Source of the DNA: an uncultured Gemmatimonadaceae bacterium
GTDB taxonomy: Bacteria; Gemmatimonadota; Gemmatimonadetes; Gemmatimonadales; Gemmatimonadaceae
Length of the DNA stretch: 64,000 bases
Direction: 5' to 3'
Assembly (NCBI GenBank): GCA_963751275.1
Contig: CAVVTZ010000009.1
Coordinates: forward strand, 608,001 to 672,000
Shown: piece after piece, positions 49,381 to 59,911 of the stretch
How the letters are laid out: the number at the start of each line of letters is the position of its first letter
Position numbering within the stretch: the stretch's first letter is position 1
Notes under the pieces: generated by a model
Database searches by the model: none
The model's input: the letters and a program-made list of their open reading frames with translations, nothing else
Told to the model about the DNA's origin: nothing
Program-made: the position numbers and the translations under genes

Positions 49381-51845
49381 GACTGAACTCGCTCGTCCTC
49401 CAGAATTTCCGCCAGCACGCCGACACGAAGCTCACCTTCGACAGCGGGCTCACCGGGATCATCGGCCCCAACGGGTCGGGGAAGACGACGATCCTCGAGG
49501 CGATCGCGTGGGCGATCTACGGCAATGCCGCCGCGCGCGGCACGCGCGAGACGATCCGCTTCAATCGCGCCGGCGCCCGCGCGAGCGTGCGCGTGGAGCT
49601 CGACTTCGATCTCGCGGGGCATCGGTATCGCGTGGTGCGCGGGCTCACGAACGCCGAGCTCTTCCTGGATGGTGCGCCGGCGCCGATCGCCGACTCGGTG
49701 AGCGGAGTATCCGATCTGCTCACGCGCCGCCTCGGCATGACGCGCGAGGAATTCTTCAACACGTACTTCACGGGGCAGAAGGAACTCTCCGTCATGGCGG
49801 CGATGGGGCCGTCGGAGCGCGGACAGTTCCTCTCCCACGTGCTCGGCTACGAGCGGCTGCGCTCGGCGCAGGACATCCTGCGCGAGAAGCGGCGGTCGAT
49901 CGTCTCCGAGCTGGCGGGGTTGCGGCAGGGGATGTCGGATCCCGACGCGGTGATGCGCCAGCTCGCGGAGGCGGAGCGGCGGCTCGCCGATTCGAGGGAG
50001 CGCGCGCGGACGGCGCGCGCGGGACATGCGGAGGCCGCGGCGCTGGTGGCGCAGCTGCGGCCGCGCTGGGATCAGATGCAGGCGGAGCGCGAGCAGCTGC
50101 AGGCGGTGCTCTCGGAATTGCGCGTGGCGGAGGGAGAAGCCAGTGCGTTGCAGCGCGATGACGACCGGATCGCGCGCGACGTCGCGGAGACGGCGCTCGC
50201 GCGCGCGGAGCGGGAGGCGCTCGTGCGCGAGCTGGAAGGTTATCCGGCCCTCCATCTCGAGTTCCAGAAGCTCGAGACGCTCGCGCGCGACGAGGGACGG
50301 CGGCTCACGCTGCTCGAGACGCGCGCGGCGCTCACCGAGGAGATCGTGCGGCTGCGCGAGCGGCAGGCGAAGCTCGAGACGGCGCCCAAGCTCGAGGAGG
50401 AGAACGCCGGCATCCTCGAAGAGAAGCAGGAAGCGCTGGTGGACGTGGACGGAAAGCTCGAAGCGCGGCGCACCGAGTGGGTTCGCGACAAGCAGGAGGC
50501 CGAAACGAAACGCGAGGCGCTGCGCACGCAGTACGCCGAGCTGAAGCAGCAGCGGGACCGGCTGGAGGCGGCGGGGGAAATGGGCGCGTGCCCCACGTGC
50601 GCGCGGCCGCTGGCGGGGAATCTCCGCTCGGTGCTCGATCTGCTCGATGGGCAAATAGAAACGGTTCGCGTGGACGGTTTGTATTACAAGGGCCGCCTCG
50701 AGCAGCTGCTCACCATGCCCGAGGATGTGAAGGCGCTGGACGAGCAGCGCCGCGCGCTGTTCGCGGAGGTGGGGCAGGTGGAGCGCCGTCTGGTGAAGGT
50801 GCAGCTCGCGGTGCAGGAATTGTCGCAGATCGGCGGCGACCTCGCGGCGAAGGCGGAGCGCGACGCGCAGCTGGCGCGCGAGCTCGAGTCCGTGCCTGCG
50901 GGCTACGATGCCGCGCGGCACGTGGTGGTGCGGCAGGAACTGGACCGTCTCATGCCGCTCGACGCGCGCGCCACGCGGCTCTCGGCGCAGATCGAGCGCG
51001 AGAGTGCGCTCGCGCGGGAGCAGGCGCAGCTGCGCGAGCAGATCGCCGGGCTCACGGCGCGGCTCACGGCGCTGCGCGCGCGGCGCGATGCCGTCACCGT
51101 GCCCGAGGCGGAGTTCAACGCCAAGCGCGCGGAGTTCGAGCGCGCGAGCACGGAGATGCGGGCGGTGGAGCTGACCGTGGTGCAGGCCGAGAGCGACGCG
51201 CAGAACGCGGCGAGTGCGCTCGAGGTGGCGGAGCGCTCGGCGCGCGATCTGGCCGACCGCCAGCGGCTGCTGGGCGACCTGAACACGCAGAAGCGGCTCC
51301 ACGATGAGCTCGATCGCGCGTACACCGATCTGCGCACCGATCTCAACTTCCAGCTGCGGCCGGAACTCTCCGAGATCGCGAGCGCGTTCCTGTCGGACCT
51401 CACCGATGGGCGGTATGGCGAGCTGGAGCTGGATGACAATTACGACATCCGCGTGCTGGAAGACGGCGTGCCGAAGCCGGTGATCTCCGGCGGCGAGGAG
51501 GATCTCGCGAATCTCGTGCTGCGGCTCGCGATCTCGCAGATGATCGCCGAGCGCGCGGGGCAGCCGTTCGCGCTGCTGGTGCTCGATGAGATCTTCGGTT
51601 CGCTCGACGAGCTGCACCGCGAGAGCGTGCTCGATCTGCTGCGCCGCCTGCAGGACCGCTTCGAGCAGGTGATCCTGATCACGCACATCGAGAGCGTGCG
51701 CGACATGCTCGACCACGTCGTGATGGTGCGGTTCAACGAGGAGACGGGCGCGAGCGTGGTGACGCAGGAGAACGGCATCCCGCTGCCGCCGGCGGAAGGG
51801 GGAGCGGATGCGGCGGTGCCACTCGTGCTCGTGAAGGCCAGCTGA
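49377..51845 (+). CDS. sbcC: Rad50/SbcC SMC-like ATPase
   Basis: LQNFRQH, GPNGSGKTT, Q-loop, coiled coil with CPTC zinc hook, ISGGEE signature, LVLDEIFGSLD, ITH. Confidence 0.93.
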   Translation: MRLNSLVLQNFRQHADTKLTFDSGLTGIIGPNGSGKTTILEAIAWAIYGNAAARGTRETIRFNRAGARASVRVELDFDLAGHRYRVVRGLTNAELFLDGAPAPIADSVSGVSDLLTRRLGMTREEFFNTYFTGQKELSVMAAMGPSERGQFLSHVLGYERLRSAQDILREKRRSIVSELAGLRQGMSDPDAVMRQLAEAERRLADSRERARTARAGHAEAAALVAQLRPRWDQMQAEREQLQAVLSELRVAEGEASALQRDDDRIARDVAETALARAEREALVRELEGYPALHLEFQKLETLARDEGRRLTLLETRAALTEEIVRLRERQAKLETAPKLEEENAGILEEKQEALVDVDGKLEARRTEWVRDKQEAETKREALRTQYAELKQQRDRLEAAGEMGACPTCARPLAGNLRSVLDLLDGQIETVRVDGLYYKGRLEQLLTMPEDVKALDEQRRALFAEVGQVERRLVKVQLAVQELSQIGGDLAAKAERDAQLARELESVPAGYDAARHVVVRQELDRLMPLDARATRLSAQIERESALAREQAQLREQIAGLTARLTALRARRDAVTVPEAEFNAKRAEFERASTEMRAVELTVVQAESDAQNAASALEVAERSARDLADRQRLLGDLNTQKRLHDELDRAYTDLRTDLNFQLRPELSEIASAFLSDLTDGRYGELELDDNYDIRVLEDGVPKPVISGGEEDLANLVLRLAISQMIAERAGQPFALLVLDEIFGSLDELHRESVLDLLRRLQDRFEQVILITHIESVRDMLDHVVMVRFNEETGASVVTQENGIPLPPAEGGADAAVPLVLVKAS

Positions 51846-52817
51846 TGGCGGTCGCGCACACACCGCGCTCGCCGCGGCCCACCGGTCCGTATGCCGCGCG
51901 CGCGGAGGATGCGGCGGCGCTGAACCAGGTGTTCAGCGACGCGTTCACCGAGCGCTACCGGCGCGACGGCCTCGTGGGCGTGCGCGTGCCCTTCCTGAAT
52001 CCCGCGATCTGGCGTTTCGCGATCGAGGACGCGGCGGGGGGCGCGCAGATCTGGCGCGACGAGCGTGGCGACATCGCGGCGTTCAACATCGCGCACGCGT
52101 CGGGCGCGGAGGGGTGGATGGGTCCGCTCGCGGTGCGCCCGGACCTGCAGAGCGCGGGGATCGGGAAGCTGGTGGTGACGTCGGCGAGCGATTGGCTCGT
52201 CAAGGCGGGTTGTCGCACGATCGGCCTCGAGACGATGCCGCGCACGATGGACAACATCGGATTCTACTCGTCGATGGGATATCTGCCGGGGAATCTCACG
52301 ATCACCGTGACCGTGGACGCGGGTCCGGCGGCGCGGCCGCCGGCGCTGCTGAGCCGGCTGAGTGCGCGCGCGCAGGACGACGCGGTGACCGAGTGCCTCG
52401 CGCTCACGCAGAGTCTCATTCCCGGCTGGGATTTCTCGCGCGAGATCCGGTTGACGCAGCAGCTCGGCGCTGGGCGAGACCGTGCTGTTCCGTGATGGCG
52501 ACCGGCTCGTGGGATTCGCGCTGTCACACACTGCGCCACTCGTCGAGGGACGCGCGCTCGATGAAATGCGCGTATTGAAGTTGGTGCTCGAGAGCGAGAC
52601 GCTGATCCCCGCGGCGCTCTCCGCGCTCGCGGAACTCGCGCGCCGCCATCACGCGCGCCGCGTCGCGATCCGCGCGCAGACGGATTATGTGGGCGCCTAC
52701 CGCCGAATCATCGAAGCCGGCGGGCGAGTGCGTTGGACCGATCTGCGCATGACCCTCGGCGGCTACGCGGAGCCGCGCGCCGCGAGCGGACTGATCTGGA
52801 GCAATTGGGAGATTTGA
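51845..52817 (+). CDS. GNAT-family acetyltransferase (frameshift near 52470)
   Basis: GPLAVRPDLQSAGIGK motif A, NIGFY..MG; TGATG coupling to rad50. Confidence 0.85.
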
Positions 52818-52905
52818 CCCGATGAAATCCAGTGCCAGGGCACTGCGTTTCGTTCTACAAGACGCGAGCGAGCGTCGCCCTCGACACGGGCGTCAGGTTG
52901 GTAGT

Positions 52906-53638
52906 ATGAGAGAAGAGCATGTCGAAACGCTCGCAGAGTTCATTTCGAAGGCTCTCGAGATCGGAAAGGCGCTGACTACGGCTGGTGGCGCGGACATGCC
53001 GGCGCGGAGTGGAAGCTTCAGCCCTCGGCGTTTCGTGGCAAGCCGAATCGCGTCAAGCAGACACATCAAGTTCTGCACTTCATTCGAAAAGCGAAGGCCC
53101 GTCAGCCGGGCCTCAGTGTCAGGGACGACCTCGGGGGGTGGCTCCAGCTTGCCAACACTACGGCCTTCCTACCCGCCTTTTAGACTGGACTCAGTCTCCA
53201 CTTATTGCACTGTGGTTTGCCCTTGAAGAGAAGCGCAATTCACCAGCGGCGATCTGGGCGCTTGATCCCTACGCCCTCAATGGGCAGCAGGATAAGAAGC
53301 AGAAGTCCATGATCTACAATATTTCAAGTGATGAGATGGAGTCACTTCTCGCGCCTGGCTTCTCGCCTGACGCCAAACAACCCAAGAAGATTCTCGCAGT
53401 CTTTGGCAATGAAAGCGACTTACGCATGATGGTTCAGCTTTCGACGTTCACAATTCACGGCGTTGAACTGCCGCTTGAAGAGTTCTCTCACGCGCAGTCC
53501 AGCCTTGCAAGAATCACCGTCGCGGCAAGAAGCCGAGACAAAATTAGAAGAGAGCTTCGCTTGCTCGGTCTTCGTCGCTCGACTCTCTTTCCAGATCTCG
53601 CCAATCTCGCGACGGATCTGTCGGAATTTGCAGATTAA
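52906..53638 (+). CDS. FRG-domain protein (frameshifted, visibly lower GC)
   Basis: WWRGH..W.LQPS, QHYGLPTRLLDWTQSPLIALWFA, R...Q.S.FT, L...G....TLFPDL. Confidence 0.85.
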
Positions 53639-53755
53639 TCACCGCCGGGCGTCGTTGGTGCGGGCGAGGATGGTCAGAGGCACTTTTCTGCGCAGCGAAT
53701 CCGTTATGAGGCCATGCTCAAGGGGGATGGGTGACGAGAGAGCGCTTACGCTCAG

Positions 53756-55805
53756 TCACTCACCGGCGGCGCAGCTCGGCTTCGCCGGCGCCGCCGGCTT
53801 GATGAACTTGTCGCACCACGCCACGAACCGCACGAGATAATCTTCGCGGAAACTCGGCACGGTGAGACCGTGGTACTGTCCCGGATACACGACGAGCTCC
53901 GTCGGCACGCCCGTTGTTCGCAGCGCCTCGTACATCTGTTCGCCGCCGACCAACGGCACGTTCGCGTCGAGCTGGCCGCCTAGGAACAAGCGTTGGCGTC
54001 TTGATCTTGTCGGCGTGGAAGAATGGATACGACACCTTCATCCACGCGTCCTGCGCCTTCCACGGTGCGCCGAGTTCGAGCTCGTACTGCACGACGTACT
54101 CGTCCACGCCGAACATGGAGAGCTGGTTCGCGCTGCCGGCGCCGCTCACGGCCGCCTTGAAGCGCGTCGTCGTCGCGATCGAATAGTCGGTGAGGATGCC
54201 GCCGTAGCTCCAGCCGCCGATCGCGAGCTTGGTGGAATCGGCGATGCCGCTGCGCACGGCCTCGTCCACGGCGCCCATGAGGTCGAGCACTTCCTTGTGC
54301 CCCCAGTCGGCGAAGATCGCCTTCTGGTACGCGGCGCCGCGCCCCGAGCTGCCGCGATAGTTCACGGAGAGCACGGCGTAGCCGTTCGCGGCGAACCACT
54401 GTCGCGCGAAGTTGAAGCCGTAGTTGTCCTGGCCGTTGGGACCGCCGTGGATGTACAGGATCATCGGCGTGCGCGCGCCCGCGGCCGCGTTCAACGGCCG
54501 CATGAGGATGCTGTGCACCTCGGTGCCATCCGAACTCTTGGACGTCTGGTCGCCCACCGGCGCGAGCTGCAGCGTCGCGAAGAGGGAATCGTTCTGGCGC
54601 GAGAGCGGCCGTACGTTCATGCCTTCGAGCGCGAACACTTCGTTGGGGCGGTCGGGCGTCGACACGAGCACGGCGACCCGCGACTGCGCCGAGCGCGGCG
54701 CGGAGAAACCGCTCATGACGCGCCGTCCGCCGGCGATGACCGTGGTCTTCCCGTCGGCGATGTTCACACGCACCAGGCTCTCGGTGCGATCATCGGACAT
54801 GAGCGCGAGCACGCTGGCACCGTCGGCGGTGAACACCGGCTCGGAGAGCGGGCGGTCGAGCGCCGTGGTGAGCACGCGCGGCGGCGCGCTGCCATCGCTC
54901 TTCACGACGGCGAGCTTCTCGAGCTGGTACGCGTACCACTTGGGCTCGTCGGTGCGCAGGAAGGCGATCCAGGCGCCGTCGGGACTCCACGCCGGCGGCC
55001 CGCGATCGGGGCCCGGCAGATTCGTGAGCTGCACCAGCGCGCGCGACGCGACGTTGAGCACGAACACATCGGATCCTTCGCCGCTGCCCGGCTCCGGCGC
55101 GGGCGAGCGGATGAAGGCGATGCGCTTTCCGTCGGGACTCCAGCGCGGCTCATCGTCGTCATCCAGCCCGCTCGTGAGCGTGTCGAGCTTTTTCGACGTC
55201 ACGTCGATGAGCAGGATGTGGCTGCGCGCCGGCGTCAGATAGCCCTCGACGTCGCGCTTGAACGCATAGCGCGTGATCTCGATCGGCTTCTTCTTCGTGG
55301 TGTCGCTCTTCGCCGTGTCGGGGTTGATGTCGGCAATGAGCGCGAGCTGCCGCCCGTCGGGCGACCACTCCATCGCCGACACGCCGTCCTTGATCATCGT
55401 GAGCCGCTGTGCTTCGCCGCCTTGGCGGTCGAGCAGCCAGACTTGTGCGCCCTTGCCGTCCTGCCGCCCGGAAAGGAACGCGAGATAGCGCCCGTCGGGG
55501 CTCCACCGCGGCGTGGTCTCGCGCTCCGGAGAGTTGGTGAGCTGGATCGAGTGCGTGCCTTCCCAATTCGTCATCCAGACATCGGCGTCGCTCTTGTCCT
55601 TCGCGCTGTCGATGCTCGTCACGGTGTACGCGACCCAGCTCCCGTCAGGTGAGACCTGCGGATCGCTCACCGTCTTGATCTTGAGGAGGTCGCTCGCGCG
55701 CACCGGGCGCGGCGTGACCGGCGCGGCCTTCGCATTCTGTGCCGCGGCGGGGAGTGCGAGCGAGAGCGCTAGCCCAAGCAGGGTTTGGCGGACCGACACG
55801 ATCAT
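53756..55805 (-). CDS. S9 family (dipeptidyl/acylaminoacyl) peptidase, secreted (frameshift near the 3' end)
   Basis: PD40 WSPDG repeats, IHGGP, GWSYGG nucleophile, YPGQYH. Confidence 0.92.
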
Positions 55806-55809
55806 GGGA

Positions 55810-56748
55810 TCACCGGAAGAGGGAACGGAGCGCATCGCCGGCGGTGAGCGTGCGGAGATAGCTCAACGACTGCGAATCGAACGGCGTCGGATCGATGTCG
55901 AATACCGGCTTGACCGCGTTGTCGGGAGTGACGTTGTCGTTCGCGAGGAGCGCGAGCAAGCCCGTGGTCACCGGCGGGTTCGGGAGCAGGCGCTGTGCGA
56001 CCGCCACGAGCGGCTTGAGCACCCCCACCGGCGCGCTCACGAGCGTGCGGTGCGCGCCCATGGCCGCGAGCACGCGCTGCGTGATCTCGCGCAGCGAGAG
56101 CGGCTCGGGACCGCCGAGTGCGAACGCCTGTCCCACCGTGCTCTCGCGCTCGAGCGAGATGGCGATGGCCTTCGCCACATCCCCCACCGCCACCGGCTGG
56201 AAGAGCGCGACGCCGCCGCCGGGCAGCGGATACACGACCGGCGAGAGCAGCACCAGCCGCGCGAGCACGTTCACGAATTCATCCTCGGGCCCGAAGATCA
56301 CGCTCGGCCGCAGTACGGTCCAGGCGCGGTCGCTCGCGCGCACGAGATCCTCGGCAATGCCTTTGCTGCGCAGGAAGCGGTGCGGCGATGAGCTCGACGC
56401 GCCGTTCTGCGACATGTGGACGAAGCGCGGCACGGCCGCGCCGCTCGCCGCGGAGAGCAGCGCGGCGGTTGCCTCGGTGTTCACGGCCTCGTACGACTGC
56501 TCCTTGGTCTCGATCGCGATCGCGGCGCAATGCACGATCGCGCTCGCGCCGCGCACCGCGGCTGCGACCGCCGTGGCGTCGCGCAGATCGCCCACCGCGA
56601 TCTCCACCGCCGCGCCGCCCAGCCGCGCGCGCGCCTTCGTTTCGTTCCGCACCAGCGCGCGCACCGTCCAGCCGCGTGCCGAGAGCTCGCGGCAGGTGTG
56701 CGACCCCACGAGCCCCGCCGCGCCGGTGACGAGAACGGTGCCGCGCAC
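55810..56748 (-). CDS. NAD-dependent epimerase / NDUFA9-like atypical SDR
   Basis: [25 protein letters not shown]. Confidence 0.88.
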   Translation of the reverse strand: MRGTVLVTGAAGLVGSHTCRELSARGWTVRALVRNETKARARLGGAAVEIAVGDLRDATAVAAAVRGASAIVHCAAIAIETKEQSYEAVNTEATAALLSAASGAAVPRFVHMSQNGASSSSPHRFLRSKGIAEDLVRASDRAWTVLRPSVIFGPEDEFVNVLARLVLLSPVVYPLPGGGVALFQPVAVGDVAKAIAISLERESTVGQAFALGGPEPLSLREITQRVLAAMGAHRTLVSAPVGVLKPLVAVAQRLLPNPPVTTGLLALLANDNVTPDNAVKPVFDIDPTPFDSQSLSYLRTLTAGDALRSLFR

Positions 56749-56753
56749 TCAGG

Positions 56754-56933
56754 TCACGCGGCCGGCGGCGGCGAGTCGCCGCGCACGATCCGCCAGAAGA
56801 GCAGCGACACGGCGAGCGTCAGCAGCAGGTGGATCCAGCCCCAGCCCGGGCCGAAGAACGTGACGTACGCCCACACCACGAGCATGACCGCGGCCAGCGG
56901 GTACGCGAAGCGCAGGAGGATCTGCGTGACCAT
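56754..56933 (-). CDS. Small two-TM membrane protein
   Basis: GWIHLLL motif; GGAGA RBS. Confidence 0.65.
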   Translation of the reverse strand: MVTQILLRFAYPLAAVMLVVWAYVTFFGPGWGWIHLLLTLAVSLLFWRIVRGDSPPPAA

Positions 56934-56948
56934 GAGTGTTTTCTCCGA

Positions 56949-56977
56949 TTGACGCCCCGTGCGCCATTCCCTACATT
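56949..56977 (+). promoter_or_regulatory. sigma70 promoter TTGACG-N17-TACATT
   Basis: Exact 17-bp spacing; points into an ORF-free structured region. Confidence 0.7.
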
Positions 56978-56983
56978 CGGCCA

Positions 56984-57173
56984 AGAACAGAATACGGGGC
57001 GAAGAGATTCCATTTTTGAGCCAACAAGTCTCTCGGGTGGGTTCGATAATCTATGCTGACGCCATGCCCCGTACGGGGAAGGCGGAAGGTGTGGTGAGGA
57101 CCTCATACATTCGACGGGGCTTCAAAAACCCTCTTCGTTCCACTCCTTCGGGCCCCGTCGCAAGGCGGGGCCC
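56984..57173 (+). ncRNA. Candidate 6S (SsrS)-like RNA, about 190 nt
   Basis: Own promoter; closing stem GCGAAGAG/CTCTTCGT and TTTTTGAGCC/GGCTTCAAAAA, central bubble, apical CCCC-GTAC-GGGG; 3' hairpin GGGCCCCGTC-GCAA-GGCGGGGCCC. Confidence 0.5.
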
Positions 57174-57178
57174 GATCG

Positions 57179-58420
57179 TCATCCGGCGGCCTTTCGCGGC
57201 CGCTTCCACAGCTCCCAGAGTATCCGCGGCGCCACCGGTTTGAGCCAGGGCCACGCAAGCACCGACCCCACCGCCCACGCTGCATAGACCCACATGATCG
57301 GCGTGCGCCAGTGCGGCACCAGGAATTGCGCCAGCCAAAGCACGAAGAGTCCGGTCGCGTCCCACCACTCGAACCGCATGTTCAGCACGAGCAGCACGGC
57401 CACCACGCTCTGCATGAGCGTGAGCAGGATCTCGTCGCGCTGCGGACCGTCGAAGGGGAGGCTCGCGGGCGTTCCGCGCGCGATGGAGAACGCGATCGGG
57501 ATCATCGCCGCGAGCACGGTCCACTGATTGATGTTGCTCGACATCATGTTCATCATCGCCATCGGCGCCTTCTTCGGGCGGCTCGCCCAATGGAACGCGC
57601 TCACCTTCTCGGGGAACTCGCTGATGAAGGGCGCCACCCACTGCACGAAGACGAACTGGCTGACGCCGAGCGTCGCCGCGAGCGCAAGCATCGATGCGAG
57701 GAACGGGTGCGCGGTGAAATAGATCATCGCGCCGCCCACGAGGAACAATCCCGCGATGGCGACGCCGCGCCAGCGGCCCGGCCGCGTGTACGCCCACCGC
57801 GACATCCATGGCGCATCGGCGAGTTTCTCTTCGTGCTGCGGCGGCATCCGCCACAGTACCGCGAGATAAGCGAAATACATCGCGATGAGCACCGCCGCGT
57901 CCACCGGTCCGAGCGAGCCCTTGTACCAGATCCACACGAAGTAGAGCAGCGGCGGCACGGTGCCGAGCACTTCAACCGCGTGCTCGTCGTCGAGATGGAT
58001 GGCGCCCAGTTTCTTCCCGCGGCGCCGCGAGTACACGGCGGCCACCGCGTAGATCATCGGCCAGCCGAGCCCCACGAGCAGGCGGATCGCCCCGGTGAAG
58101 TTCGCGATGGCGAGATGCGACGTGCAGCCGGCGGGCGGCATGGCGACGAAGCACGACGGTGCATCGTGGCCGGCGTGCCAGGCGATCACGGCCTCCACCG
58201 CGAATTCGGGGAGCGTCTGCAGCCAGGCGAGGATCGCGAGGGCGAGCCCCTGCGACATCATGAACTGCGCGGCCTCCGCGCCCCACGCCACGAGGAAGGC
58301 GCTGAGCAGCATCCCCGGGAAGGTCCACAGCGCCGACAGCGCGGAGGCGCCGGCGCTGGACGCGGCCGCGCTCGCTAGCTTGATTCTGAGGACGATCCCG
58401 GGCACGGCGCTCCGTCTCAT
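57179..58420 (-). CDS. Ca2+/cation antiporter (CaCA, Na/Ca exchanger family); start uncertain
   Basis: Alpha repeats QTLPEFAVE...ANFTGA and APFISEFPE...SSNINQWT. Confidence 0.85.
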   Translation of the reverse strand: MRRSAVPGIVLRIKLASAAASSAGASALSALWTFPGMLLSAFLVAWGAEAAQFMMSQGLALAILAWLQTLPEFAVEAVIAWHAGHDAPSCFVAMPPAGCTSHLAIANFTGAIRLLVGLGWPMIYAVAAVYSRRRGKKLGAIHLDDEHAVEVLGTVPPLLYFVWIWYKGSLGPVDAAVLIAMYFAYLAVLWRMPPQHEEKLADAPWMSRWAYTRPGRWRGVAIAGLFLVGGAMIYFTAHPFLASMLALAATLGVSQFVFVQWVAPFISEFPEKVSAFHWASRPKKAPMAMMNMMSSNINQWTVLAAMIPIAFSIARGTPASLPFDGPQRDEILLTLMQSVVAVLLVLNMRFEWWDATGLFVLWLAQFLVPHWRTPIMWVYAAWAVGSVLAWPWLKPVAPRILWELWKRPRKAAG

Positions 58421-58501
58421 GAGACAGGGTTCACGGCCCGCGGAAGGTACGCCGACGCGTGGAGCGCCTCAAGGCGCGCGCCGGCCAACGAGGGCACTGC
58501 C

Positions 58502-59188
58502 ATGACGCAATCCGCCGACGGAGCCGGCGCGCCGCAGCTGCGCCGCTCGAAGGAAGCCGACGACATCCACGAGACGCGCGCCGCCTGGGCGCACGACCTC
58601 GACCCCGCGCCCGAGCGGAATCCCGAGTTCGAGGGGATCGTGCATCGGATGCTCGAACTGGTCGGCGAGAATCCCGAGCGCGAGGGCTTGCTCAAGACCC
58701 CCGAGCGCGTCGCCAACTCGCTCACCTGGCTCACGCGCGGCTACGATCTGGACGTGAACGAAGTGGTGGGCGACGCCGTGTTCGAGGAGTCGCATCAGAG
58801 CATGGTGATGGTGCGCGACATCGAGCTGTACTCGCTGTGCGAGCATCACATGCTGCCCTTCTTCGGGAAGGCGCACGTCGCGTACATCCCCGACGGGCGC
58901 ATCGTGGGATTGTCGAAGCTGCCGCGCATCGTGGAAGTGTTCGCGCGCCGGCTGCAGGTGCAGGAGCGGCTCACGGAGCAGATCGCGCAGGCGGTGGAGG
59001 ACGTGTTGAATCCGCGCGGCGTGGGCGTGGTGATCGAGGCGTACCACCTGTGCATGATGATGCGCGGCGTGCAGAAGCAGAATTCGCAGACCGTGACGTC
59101 GGCGGTGCGCGGCCTCTTCCGGAGCGATCCGCGCACGCGCGAGGAGTTCCTGGCGCTGGCGCAGTCGCGGGCGTCGACATTCCGGTGA
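58502..59188 (+). CDS. folE: GTP cyclohydrolase I
   Basis: [47 protein letters not shown]. Confidence 0.96.
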   Translation: MTQSADGAGAPQLRRSKEADDIHETRAAWAHDLDPAPERNPEFEGIVHRMLELVGENPEREGLLKTPERVANSLTWLTRGYDLDVNEVVGDAVFEESHQSMVMVRDIELYSLCEHHMLPFFGKAHVAYIPDGRIVGLSKLPRIVEVFARRLQVQERLTEQIAQAVEDVLNPRGVGVVIEAYHLCMMMRGVQKQNSQTVTSAVRGLFRSDPRTREEFLALAQSRASTFR

Positions 59189-59904
59189 GCGCGGCGCTCG
59201 CGGGGCGAACGGTGGTCGTCACGGGCGCGTCGCGCGGGATCGGGCTCGCCACCGCGCGCGCGCTCGCCGCGGCCGGTGCGCGCGTGGCGCTGCTCGCGCG
59301 CAGCGCCGAGTCGATCGCGAAGATCGCCACGGAGTTGGGCGGCGGCGCGATCGCCGTCCCGTGCGACGTGACCGACGAGAGCGCCGTGGCGCGCGCCGCC
59401 GCGGCCGTGCGCGACGCGTTCGGCGACGCGCCGGAGATCCTCGTCAACAATGCGGGCATCTTCGCGCCCGCTTCGGTGGCGATCACGAGCATCGAGTCGT
59501 TCCGCGAGACGATCGCGGTGGATCTCATCGCGCCCTTCTTGTTGGTGCGTACCGTGCTCCCGCGGATGATCGAGCGCGGCAATGGGCACATCGTGACGAT
59601 CGGCTCCAACGCGGACCGCCACGCGTTCCCGGAGAATGGCTCGTATTCCGCCGCCCGCTACGGCGGGCGCGGGCTGCACGAGGTCATGCGCGCGGAATTG
59701 CGCGGCACCGGCGTGCGCGCGACGCTCGTCTCGCCGTCGTCGGTGGACACCACCATCTGGGACGGCGTGGACCCGCTGCGCCGGGCGCGATTCCCCGCGC
59801 GCGACGCGATGCTCGCGGCCGATGATGTCGCCGCGGCCGTGCTCTACGCCGTGTCGCAGCCGCCGCGCGTGAACATCGACGAACTGCGCCTCTCGCGCGC
59901 GTAA
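59185..59904 (+). CDS. Short-chain dehydrogenase/reductase
   Basis: [17 protein letters not shown]. Confidence 0.9.
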   Translation: MSAALAGRTVVVTGASRGIGLATARALAAAGARVALLARSAESIAKIATELGGGAIAVPCDVTDESAVARAAAAVRDAFGDAPEILVNNAGIFAPASVAITSIESFRETIAVDLIAPFLLVRTVLPRMIERGNGHIVTIGSNADRHAFPENGSYSAARYGGRGLHEVMRAELRGTGVRATLVSPSSVDTTIWDGVDPLRRARFPARDAMLAADDVAAAVLYAVSQPPRVNIDELRLSRA

Positions 59905-59911
59905 TGGCCCG

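Noticed and set aside
48177..51845. Wadjet or Lamassu defence system
   Set aside because: The SMC-like protein has a Rad50 zinc hook and an Mre11 partner. No JetABD-like or LmuA-like genes are recognisable.
48165..51863. 1232-aa antisense ORF and other long overlapping ORFs (e.g. 20032-22953, 3157-4698)
   Set aside because: These are shadow ORFs expected in high-GC DNA. They are Arg/His-rich, lack motifs, and lie opposite or out of frame with well-supported genes.
52820..53750. Integron cassette around the FRG gene
   Set aside because: No convincing attC (RYYYAAC...GTTRRRY) pair and no integrase.
57030..57060. tRNA or tmRNA suggested by GGTTCGAT
   Set aside because: No T-stem, acceptor stem or CCA end can be formed around it.
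56984..57173. Retron msr-msd suggested by terminal inverted repeats
   Set aside because: No reverse transcriptase in the vicinity.
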